Shown here: piece after piece, positions 45,668 through 57,600 of the stretch
Layout: the number at the start of each line of letters is the position of its first letter
Numbering within the stretch: the stretch's first letter is position 1
NCBI GenBank assembly: GCA_001643675.2
Contig: LSRY02000006.1
Coordinates: 1 to 64,000 of the forward strand
Reading direction: 5' to 3'
Origin: Monocercomonoides exilis PA203
Taxonomy: Eukaryota > Protista > Preaxostyla
DNA length: 64,000 nt
Translations under genes and position numbers: made by a program
Notes under the pieces: model-generated
Told to the model about the DNA's origin: nothing
The model's input: the letters and a program-made list of their open reading frames with translations, nothing else
Database searches by the model: none

Positions 45668-48600
45668 TCAAAAACTCACAAAACTTGTCTCAGCATCTCC
45701 ACTTTCTTTGCTCCCACGCTTCTCCGAAACAAGTTCATAATCCACCGCATCTGACATCGTCAGCACCTGAGCAGATTCTGGGAATCGCTGGATGAACACT
45801 CGCTTCAAATCTTTCAGCGAAGGTCTTCTGCTCACATGATTCGACAGGCAATTCTTAATGATCTCCAGCAATGGTGTTTGCATCACACCATCCAACATTG
45901 GCCTCTCCCCATTCACGATCTTCTGCCCTGCCACCTCTGCCTCATAATCACCAAACGGAATCTGGAGCGTCAGGCACTCCCACAGCATCATCCCGATCGA
46001 GAATGCAACCGACTCCTTGGTTGCACCCATCTTCTTGTTGATCAGCAACTCAGGTGCCTTCCATCTCAAACACTCTTTTTTGAAGTCATCCTCATCCTCA
46101 AAGGCAGAAGAAGGCAGAGAGTCATCATCTTCGTCATTATCACTTGCAGAAGTCACAACCGTTGATGATGAGATGGATGAAGAATCTGAGTCATCATCTG
46201 ACAGTAAGTCAGAATGCATCACAATGCAGATGACCATATGCTCTGAGAACAACACAATGTGCGGGCTCAAACTGGATAATGATTGGAGAGGATTTTCCAT
46301 CTCGTCAAAGGAGTGAAGAGCTCCATTTGCCACCCAGAACAGGATCTGGGCTGCTGTCTGCTCCCTCTCCTGCAATGTGCCAATCGCCATCTCTTTTGTC
46401 TTATTCAGCCCATGAAGCAGCATGAACAGCGAATCCCTCAGATCCACAATCAGCTTCTCATGAGGTGATGAGCATGCCATTGCATCCACCAGATTCGACA
46501 TTGATGATGTGGTTGGACACATACTCTCTGATCGAACAAATGTGGATTCTGTATCTGAAGTGTCTGTGGTTGAAGTGGATGAAATGGATGGTGATGGTGT
46601 TCGCTTTCTTGTTCCCTCCTCTTCTTTTTCATCAACCTTCTCCAGCATCCATTCAGGAATCTTATCAGAGTCTCTTCCAAGGATATATTCAGTCGATCCG
46701 CTCTCAGATAGAAGATGCTCTGATGATTCCGAATGCTGCATCTGCTTCCCATACACCCTCTTCTTTATTTTTTCATCATTCCTCTTCTCTGCCTCCCTCT
46801 CTGCCCTTCTCCACTGCTCCTCAGGCGACATCTCCATCGTCACCATCTCAAACGCCTTCGGATCCTTCTTCACTGTGTCTTCCACAATTATCTCCAATTC
46901 TTCTGTTCTTCTCTTTTGCTTTCTCCATCGAACAGTTGAAATCACCGCAATTATTAGAATTATTAAAAGAACAAAGGCCATTATAATCACAATGATTGGC
47001 CATATCGATTTTCCTTCTTCACTTCCTTCAACAACTTTTTCATCTCCAACAACTTGTGTCTTACTTTTGTTCTTCAGGATGAATGACTCAGTTGCCGAGG
47101 GAGAATGGCCATCTCCAAACAAGATGCACACCCTCACTTCCGCACTCGCCTCTGCTCCCCTCACCATCTCCAATCCAGTTGTGCCATGCACTTCCTCTTC
47201 ACTCACAAATCCTGACTCACTTATCTCGTGTGTCTCCATCTGCTCCACATCCCCCACCGATGAAACAACCCGAAACGACAGGTTGCATGGCAGAAGAAGT
47301 GCACCCCTGAACACAACATCCAGAACCCCTTCCTTCTCCTCTGTCTCCACCCATCGCAGCGAGGGGATGAACAATGGCGATGCTCGCTCCTCAACAATCC
47401 CCATCAAACTGCATCCATCATTCAGAATCCAAAGGGAGGTGTTCTTCTCTTGCCCATCTCCTCCCTTCAAGCTCATGATATTCAGCTGAGCAGAATCCGA
47501 ACACAAGATGTTTCTCCGAGCTGAGGGATATTTTCCAATCGATGGGTTGTTGTTCACAAACTCTCCTTTCTCAATCGCCACATTTCCTCCACTAACCGAC
47601 AATCCTCCTTCAATGGAATTCGCAATTGATGAATCCTTGATCTTTACTGTGCAATCTGAAAAGTCCACCAATGAGCCATTCCATTTGCAAATGTTCGTTT
47701 TTTCATTCATTGATACGTTTGAGTTTATCAAAGATTTATCTCCATTGAACAAGCATGATTCTATTGAAATATCTGAGCAATGAGAAAAAGAAGCATGACT
47801 TCCAATATTTGCCTTGGATGACATATTTTCAACTGACAAGCTGTTCATTTCGATCTGATGTGAGCTGCCTTCAACATAAATGATTCCTGAGTGATCTGAT
47901 TTTCCAGTGATTGCAGAAAGCGAACCAAGAAATATCGATAGATGTTTTCGAAATTCAGAAGCTATTGAGTTTTGCTGATGAAACTGGCCGGAAACTGCAA
48001 TCACATATCCATCATCCAACTGGATATCACGAGTCGATATGTTTGCAAAAGTGCAATTTCCGCTACTGCCAGATATTTGCAGGCAGTTCTGTGAAACATC
48101 AAGCGAAGCCAACAACAAGCTGGAGCAGTTCAGAGCACCACCACTGCATTCCGCAACGCATGAACAGTCCAAAAGCGAAACTGTCACATCGAAAAGCACA
48201 CATTCTCCATCTGAGCACAAAAACGCACACTCTGCTTTGGCACGATTTAATTCGTCTGAGGTGCTGACAACCGACCTGCTCATTTCGAAAATGCCCGAGC
48301 TTATCTCCAAGAGACACAGATGGGCAAATGAATCTGAGAATGGAAGAGTGATGTTCAGCATCTCAATCTTCACCCTTTCCCACGCTCTCATCAAGCTGTT
48401 TCTCGTTGGAGCAATTCCACCAACAAGAACAATCCTTCCTCCTTCGTATGAGCGCGGCCTCATTGATACATCAGTCAGATCCACTTCTTCTTGGAGAACA
48501 CATTCCGTATCAATAACGAGCATGGGCACGTCATCAGTCACAACATGGCTGAGCCCATATCCCAGAGACAAGCAAGGCACTTTTGTGGTTCCACACTTCC

Positions 48601-51600
48601 TGCTGTTTTCACCATTCTTGTTATTTGCCGAAGAAACGAATATCATTGAGGACTGATACACCACGATGAAATCCATCAGATCAATCTCGCTCTGATGCTT
48701 GTCATCAATGCCCCAGATAGCGTTGACACGGTTGTAGTATCCCTCTCTCAGGTCCATCGCAAACTGGCTCTCATTAACTTGAGCAGAAATGTCTCTGCAT
48801 TCGATGAAGATATCCTTTCCAGTCTTTGCGCTGTTGGAGTCGAAGCTGCAGTTCTTGAACACAAACTTCAATGACCCTTCCTCTTTCGCACACAGATACA
48901 CTCCACCTCCTCTGCCAGCTGACGACGAGCATCCGCATTGAACCACATTTGAGCTGCTCAACTTAAACACCCCGTCAGACGCCAAGTTCACAAAAATCGC
49001 TCCTCCTTTCTCAGATTCGGGCGATCTGCAAAACTCGAATGTGGAGCCATTGATATCCAGTGAAAGAGGAACATTTGAAGAACTTTTGACAACACAGCTG
49101 CCATCATCTGAACGGACAACTGAGGAAAATAGTGAGCCATTCATAGAGATATGTGCTTGTTCAGTATTTGCATTTCTCTCTTGCTGCTCCACATTCACAA
49201 CACATCCGCAATCAGACGAGAGTTCCTTCACATCCATTCCATCAAAATTGCACAAGCATCCAGAGTTGATGCAAAACAAATCTTTTCTCACGCTTGCCTT
49301 CACTTTCAACTTCTTCACAAATAACTCTCCGCTATTCATCATCACAAACAACACATCTGCTCTGAATGATGCCCCTGCACTGTCTGCTGATGTTTCGAAG
49401 GAGCAGTCCTCCAGTGATAGGATGCCTTGAATATTTTTTATCACACGCACACTAGACCCTTCTTCCACTTTTCTCATCTTTAGAGCAAGATCAACCACGG
49501 ACAGCTTGTGGGAATTAGAAAAGAAGCAAATCTCATTGCTTTCATTGGCTGTCTCAAACATCAGATAAGATTCCTCTTCCAGCGCCATCTTCACTGATGA
49601 TTTTATCGTGAAATTCGAAACATCATATTGATCCGTGACTGCTGCTGCTTTATCGATGAGCATGACTTTTTCTTGTTTTGCCTGATCTATCTGGCCAAAA
49701 CCTTTCCAAAATGATCTGCATGCAATGAACTCGCTCCCACACCGCTTCACATCGAATCCAGCTGATGAAACAAACACAGTATCGCTCTTGAAGCTGATCA
49801 AGAACACAAACAAATCCACATTGCTTTGATATCTGTCGCTTCCAACAAACAGATCTGGGCTGTCCTTGAGCTGTTCATAATCGAAGGCAAATACATCCTC
49901 TGTGACTGATGCGTTCAGATCAGATGCTTGCATGAAAATGTTTTTGCCCAATGCAGCTTCATTGGCTTCAAAGACAGAGGATATGATGGATAATGGTTTC
50001 TCTTCCAATGAGTCCGTGATGTTCAAGAACATAAATCCACCCATTCCCTCCTTCGCTTCGCACGTGCACTTGCAAGCTGTTGTCTCATTTATTGCAGCGT
50101 TGTTGCTATTCGTCAAGCACACACGTAGTGCCCCTCCCTCTACACTTCCTGATGTGCACACTTTTGATATGTTACAGTTGCTGAGCTGCACCGATCCGCA
50201 TGCAACAAATGGTGTTTGGAAGGAGTGGAAAATGGAAACGTTACAGTTGAACAACAAAAGCGAACCACTTGCCATGTGCACAAGCTGATATGCAATTTCC
50301 CCTTCTCTCTTCACGTTGAATGATGAAGATTGGAAATCCAGCATGCCAGATGGTGCGTTGGATTCAAAAACAACAGTTTGGCCGTTTTCAAATGCTTGAG
50401 GCATCAAAAGTGATATTGAGTGCAATGTGAGAGACATTGTGCTGCTGAACACAGATGTTTCTTCTCCTCTTTCAATTTTCGGGTTTATAATGAGTTCTGC
50501 TGTTTTATCTGTCGAAGATGAAATCGTAAGGAATGAATGAAGATCGTATGAATCATTCACCATTGCACTCCCATTGATGCGTATCTGCCTTTCACGAGTT
50601 TCAGGAGCCAGATTTTGAAATCCTCTCCAAAGCGATTGACAAGGGTGTTCTGAGCTTCCGCAACCCAGAACATCCAACCCTGTTGGAGACACCTCCGCCA
50701 CTTCAAATTTCCCTTGTACCAAAAACAACATCAAGTTCACATTTTCGTTCTTGAAATTCACATTGTCAGTCCCCATCATTTCCACAGCGCCATTTTCTCC
50801 ATCTCCACTCAACCTTGCAAATCGCTCTGAAGTGACTGAGTTGTTCAAATCAAAACAGCTGATGAACGCATCTTTTCCAAATTTTGCCTTGTTGCTCCCA
50901 AAAGAACAATCCATTACTGAAAATGTTCTTGAATGTTGTTCTGTGAATTCAAAGAAGAATCCTCCTCCTTTCATTTCCATTTCACCAACAGTGCAGCTCT
51001 GCAAAGAAATATTTGCAAATATGAACTCTTCATTTGCACAGCCTTTCACACTCACAGCACCTCCATTTCCATTCAAATTCTCGCATGTTCCAAATTCGCT
51101 GTTTTTTGTGATAGACAACGATGCTTTGCCTGAAACACTCACCACTTGCCCATTTTCAACAACACAACTCTCTGCTCTGATGTTTCTCAGCAAAAGGTCA
51201 GATCCTTCACAACCTTGAATCAATCCATTTCCTTTGGAGCTGACATCGCTGATGTTCACATCTTCCATCTCAATAATTCCTTCAGTAACTCTTGCGATCC
51301 CTACAGATTCTACAAAACAAAGAGTGTTGATGATTACAGTTGTGAAGGATGCCTCAGCCCTTCTGCATTCAAGAAGCCAGAATTCAATCTTGGCATCTGA
51401 TCTCTCGCTCTCATCAAAGATGCAGTTTTTCAGAAACAATGTTCCTGTTTGTGCATTTATCAGCTCGCTTCTGCCTGATTGTGCGAGAAGTGCGAATCTG
51501 ATATTATTGAAGGTTAGACTGGGAGTTTCCGAACCTTCAGACAACCCAAAATGCCCATTTGTTTCGATGTTCAGCGTTGAATGCTCAGCCTTCCCCCGAA

Positions 51601-54600
51601 CAGTGAGAGACTTTCCAGCTCTGGTCACATCACGGTTCAGCTCCGTTGAACCTTGAATGTGCAGCGTAGACTGATCATCAGTCATCTTTGAGAAACCAGC
51701 GTCCATTGTTTGGCACGGATACAGATCAGTGCCACACTCAGTAGAATCTGTCCCGTTTGTTGCATCGAGAAATACAATCTCAGCATTAGATGCAAAGAGA
51801 TATCTCCGGAGCGACTCGCCATCAGGCATGCTTCCTGATGTGTCATACACCCACAGCTCCTCCTCTTCCATGTTTTCATCTGCTGATTTGTCAAACAGAG
51901 TCGGCTTAATCACCTCTCTTGGTGTTGGACAGACAATATAAATGTTCTTTCCTCTCTTTGCCTCATTCTCACTGAACTCGATCATCTTCAGCGAATATTT
52001 CGACTTCAGTGTGTTCAAAATGATATACAGCCCTCCACCAAAACCGCGATCACCAAACACTTTGCACTTTGTTGCAGTGTTCCCATCGAATAGAAAAGTT
52101 CCATAATCACCCACATCCACATGAACACATCCACCGCACATATCTTCCGAATTAGAATTGCAGGTGTCCATTGTGCAGTTTGTTATTTCGATCTTCTCTT
52201 TCTCGTTCACTCTCCCATTCATCAATCCTCCAAACCCGTTCTGTCTGCTTATCTCACTGAAAGTGCTGTTCTTCATTGTTATATTCGCTGTTCCTTCAAA
52301 GCTGAAGAAAGGACAGTTCATTTGGTTTGTGTTCTGCACTTTCGAGTTTTCCATTCCAAACTCCTGCACCGATTTCACGCTCATCATTCCCTTTTCTGAA
52401 CGAGTTGTGATATCGGTGAAATTCACATCGTTCATGTTGCACTTGACAGCATTGTTCGTTCCGCTTCCATCCAGAACAATCATCTCCACCGAGCCATATC
52501 TGGAATTCAACACTGAGAAATGCTCACATTTCAGTTCTCCTCCAAGCACTCCAATCAGACTGAACGAACATGTTAGCCCCGATGCTGCTTCCATTTCCAC
52601 TTGGCATTCTGAAAAACACAACCTTTCATTGAGGCACATAAACAGGAATGAAATTGCCTCTCCCAAAGATGAAGGATGCACAAATGATATCTGTTCGATA
52701 TTCACATCCTTGGATGTTTCGATCATTCCTCCGCTTGCTCCGCCTCCTCCAGCACCCACTCTGATTTCACTTCTGCTCTCTTTGGCTTTGATACTCATGT
52801 TTTTCGTCTTCAATTCTATCTTATCCTTAATGTTGAACGAGCTCTCCACCAAGATCACTCCACTGCTCTCTTTGATCAGACTCTCGCTGAACGGGATTGT
52901 CAGACATGGGAAATCCGCATATCCGCATTTGTAGTAGTCGATCCCAGTTCCAGACACATGTGCAGTTGAGCTCAGCTGACGAAAGAACAGAACCAAGGGG
53001 ATCACATCCCTTTTGTTGCTTCCATCAAAGCCTCCAAGCTCCTCAAAAACAGGCATGTCCTCCACAGATGTGTTGAACGAGTGTGCCAAAACTGACGCCT
53101 TTGCAACATTCTCAAGCACAGGTGCCTCTATGAATATGTTGCTTCCTCCTTTAGGAGCCAAACACAATGTGAACAGCACATTCTTGATGATCACATTTTG
53201 TGACCCTTCACTCAGCAACAACATCATCCCTCCACCATACCCTCCTTTCCCTCCATTTTCCTTCGAGCTGCATTCTTCAATGGCTGTCTCTGCAGACGAT
53301 GTGTTCCCCACCTGCACATTCCCTCCTGCTTCCACAGAAATATGCAGGCCGCCTCCGTTCCATCCTTCGCAAACACATTTTTTCATGCTTCCGCCTTCGA
53401 TTACCACACTTCCGCCATTCCCCACAGTGCATTCCACAGCACCTCCGTTGTTGCTGCTGCGCTCAATATTCTCGATATTTGTATTGTTCAAAGTCAGAGC
53501 TTGGATAAATGCTGTCTGGATTGCGACGCAGTTGGATTTGAACACTGACGTGAATGATGAATCTCTCACAGTCAGCTCTGCCGTGGAGGTGGTTGCTGTG
53601 ATCAGACTGCTTCCTGTCAGAGTTGTTGCATTTGTGATGGTTGCTTTATCAATCAGCGTTTGAGAAGAGCCACTGCAGCTCGCAATGCAAGCAGCCACAA
53701 AAGCAATGTTCTTGAAAGAGCAATCACTGATTGTGATATCTCCCGACTCTGCTGCGATCAGCGAGAAGGAATGGGATTCCACTGCTTCTTGAGGTTCAAA
53801 TTCACAATTCTCCACACGCGTGCTCCCTGATCCTTTGTGATGCATAAGCGAGGAATGTGTCTGGATTGCTGTTGGCAGCTTGAAGGCAATGCTATTTATG
53901 ATCACTGAAAAGCCCAAGGAAATACTCGAGCAAAACAAACCTGCTTCTGGTGATTTTGCACCATGCACAATCACGACGCTCCTTTCAGCCACTCCGCCGA
54001 TTGTGTATGTCTTTTCTCTATCTGCAACAACGCTTTCAGCCAGAGTGAAAAGAGGTGAAAGAACAACATTGCTTTTGCTTCCGTTCTGTCTTTTGAACGA
54101 AAATGAGACAGATCTGCATGGATAGGTATCATATCCGCAGGGTGCCACATCTTGACCCGTTTCCGATGCACACACCTCATTTGTGATGACACGATAAAAA
54201 TAGACAAGAGGTATTGCATGGACTTTGTCTGCTCCATCATATCCTCTCATAGAATCGTCTGTCAGATCTGAAGAGCCAGCAACAAACGAGAGTGTTTTGT
54301 TTGTGAGGGTATTTGTGAGATTCGGCGACTGAATGAACAAATCCTTTCCGACTGCAGCGTTGTTTGGATACTCAAGAGAAGACATTGGAGAAGCGATTGA
54401 GAACAAATCATCGCTGTCGCTGCTGCAATACAGGCATATCCCACCCCCATAACCCTTTCCCAGCAATCCTTCAGGAGCTGTGCACGAGTGAAATATGCAA
54501 TCAGAGACTGTCAGCCCACATTTTGCATCCTCTGTTCCGCATATCGCACCTCCACAGCTTTCATCTTCCTGAACAGAGCAGCTGTCGAAGGAGCAGTTCG

Positions 54601-57600
54601 TGATCATCATCGATTTGAAATTTTCGCTTGCTCCCTTCACATTTATGCAGGAGCCATTGCCACTTGTTCGAGTTTCGCTTGCAAATGAAGTATTTCTCAC
54701 TTTCAGTATTTGGCCATTGATCCATTGCACACAACAGCCATCAGCATAGCTCCCTTCCTCAAAAATACTGTTTTCGATTTCTGATGATTTTCCTGACGAT
54801 AAACGAAGAAAATCACCTTTGTTTCTCATTGTGAGCTGTTTGCATATGAGTCCATTTGCATCGATAGATGCTTCATCTCCACTCACACAAATAAGCCCAG
54901 AAGGAGCAGGCAATGACAGATCAGCTGTGAGTTGTTGAATGTGAAAATTGCTGATTGAAAAAGTCCCTTTTCTGATTTCAGCAAATGAATTTGTTAGAAC
55001 TGAATCATCATTCTCCATCTTTAACGAACAATCTGAAATTGTGAGAGATGGGCCGAGACCCACAAGAAGTGAACGAAATGAAAACTCTGGTTGGTCACAA
55101 AGCGTGAAGCAAATGTTTTGGAAGAGAGATGAAGAAGCACATGTTATGAATCCATCTCCTTCAACGGATGCAACTGGCTTGAATGAAATGGATGTGTTTT
55201 CTTGTTCACAGCAAATATTCCAAGCGAAACCATCAAGTGTCATCTCTTCGTTCCAGACAAACTGAGAATGAAGGGATAGCAATCTATCTGCAGCTGAAAA
55301 TCTCAATGATACTGCATGCTTTAATGTTGAGCACGGATAACTGACATATCCGCATCCGCTGAAATCTCTGTTGTTTGGTCCTCCCACATGCACTGGAGGC
55401 ACAAAAGTCCCGCTCAGATACAACCTCAGCGGAATCAAATACGATGGATCGTTGTTTTCGAAACCCATCAAATCGTCATCCAGCATCCCATTTCGTCCGA
55501 ATTTGATAGTATTTTCATTCACACACGTTCTCAGATTCACTGCTTCCACAAACACATTCTTCCCTTTCCAGGCATTGCATCGCTCAAATGATAGAGCATT
55601 GAGAACAAACAGTGGTTCATCTGAGCACACCTTGATATAGAGTGCACCACCTTTTCCCTTCGATTGATCATCTGTTGGAACATAACATTCATTGAAGTCA
55701 ACAGCAACATCCTGCCCAACAGTGAACATGCTGTCTTTTTTCAGAGCAACAAACATGGCTCCTCCGTTCCCCTGTTGACAGCTGCAGTTCCTGAAAGTCA
55801 CATTGTTGAATCTGAAAATCTCTTGCTCATCAACCTCCATCTCCATAATACCTCCATTTCCACTTTTCCGAGAGATACTTTCCATCAGCACATTCTTCAT
55901 TCCCAACTGTTCTGGAGCTTGGAATGCAATGAGAGGCAAAGAATCCACAGCTATTTCGGATATCATGCAGCTTGATAAGCCAAGATAACCATTTTGAACA
56001 TTGAGCAAAGAAACAGAATGAACAACATTATTGCTTGCAGAAGATCCAAAAATGAGGATGTTTTCGAGTTGAATCCTTCCCTGTGGATGTGCCAGAGCAG
56101 CCAATGAATAAGGAACAATCAGCGAGGAGGATGGTGGTTCAATCTCCACACTCACATTTGTCAAGCAAAGAGAGCCGCTTGACAAAACAATCACGGAGGA
56201 GGCACTTTGCGGAACTTGCGAGGTGCTGATCACTGTGGAATCCTTTCCATCTCCCTTCATTGTGACCGTCATCTCTCCGATATTCAGTACTTCAGGTTGA
56301 AATTTTGCTTGCAACATGTTCACAAGGCCAGTTCGTAACTCTTGAAGCCGAGAAAGGCTGTATTCCAATGAATTGCACGGTGTTGACAATGCACTTAATC
56401 CGCACCCCTCTACGTCTGTTCCTCCTGTTTTTGAATATAACATCGTTCCTTGTGGAATCCAACTGTTGAATTCCTTGCTTTCTGATGTTCCCATGAAATA
56501 CACTCTCTTTGCAGGAGTTGTTGAAAATGAATATGCAAATGGATTGGGGATGTTGAATGAAGAATACAGCCAACAGTCATGTCCGTGATTATCCCCACTT
56601 GTGTTGTTGTGGAAAAATAAGAAAAGGAACCTTGGAGGGGTTGAAACCCAACTTTTTTGGCATTGCATAAAAAGAGCTCCACTTCCTAATTCACAATGAA
56701 AATCACTCCAAAAGCAGTTGCTGTAATACAGATTTTTTGGTGCTGGGTCAAAATAATTACTGCCATTTGCACTTGTGTTCCTACCAATAAAAAGGCAAGA
56801 TTCAATTATTGCGTTGTTCATTAAACTTTGCATCTGATAAAATCGAATATCATGTCCCCAAGATCGTGCAATGTTCCCAAAATATGTGCATTTTTCAATA
56901 ACAACTGTATCTGTCATGGATGTGAAGTATGTTCCTCCTCCAAAGCTGGCAGTATTATTTTCAAAATAGCAATTTGAAATTAAACTAAAAAGGGATTGAT
57001 TTATGAAAATTGCTCCGCCATCTTGCTTTGCGTTACATGAAAAAAAGCTACACTTCACAACTGACAGCGTCAATGATGATCCAACGCAGTATATTCCTCC
57101 ACCTCTTATGTTTACTTCATCGTTTGCAATGCACTTTTCAAAAATTGAGTTTTTAAACGAAACTTCTCCAATGTAATACCTTTGAGATGTATTGTAACGA
57201 GTTGGTTCATTTTTTGTGCGGAAGCATTTTGAGAATGTTGAATTAGAAGATGCAAAGTTGCTAGATGAAGGTGAATTGATGGAGCAAGAAATACCATCAT
57301 AGAAGACATCCTCAACGCTTGAAAAGACACAAGAGGAAAAAGAAGTTGAGTATAAGCCGTTTTTGTGTTTCGCTTCATTTCTGTCATACGATTCGGTGAT
57401 GTTTGAAAGCAGGCATCTTTGCATCGATGCTTGTGTATCACTTTCAGTGCATAACAAAGGAGCATTCAATATTTCTGCAGATGACAGAATTGAATCAGAG
57501 ATTGATATGATACACGGACAACAGGACAAGGACGGAGAAGAAGAAGATGCATGCAACGAAGATGATACAAAATAAAGTGAATTGGAAACGGATGATAATT

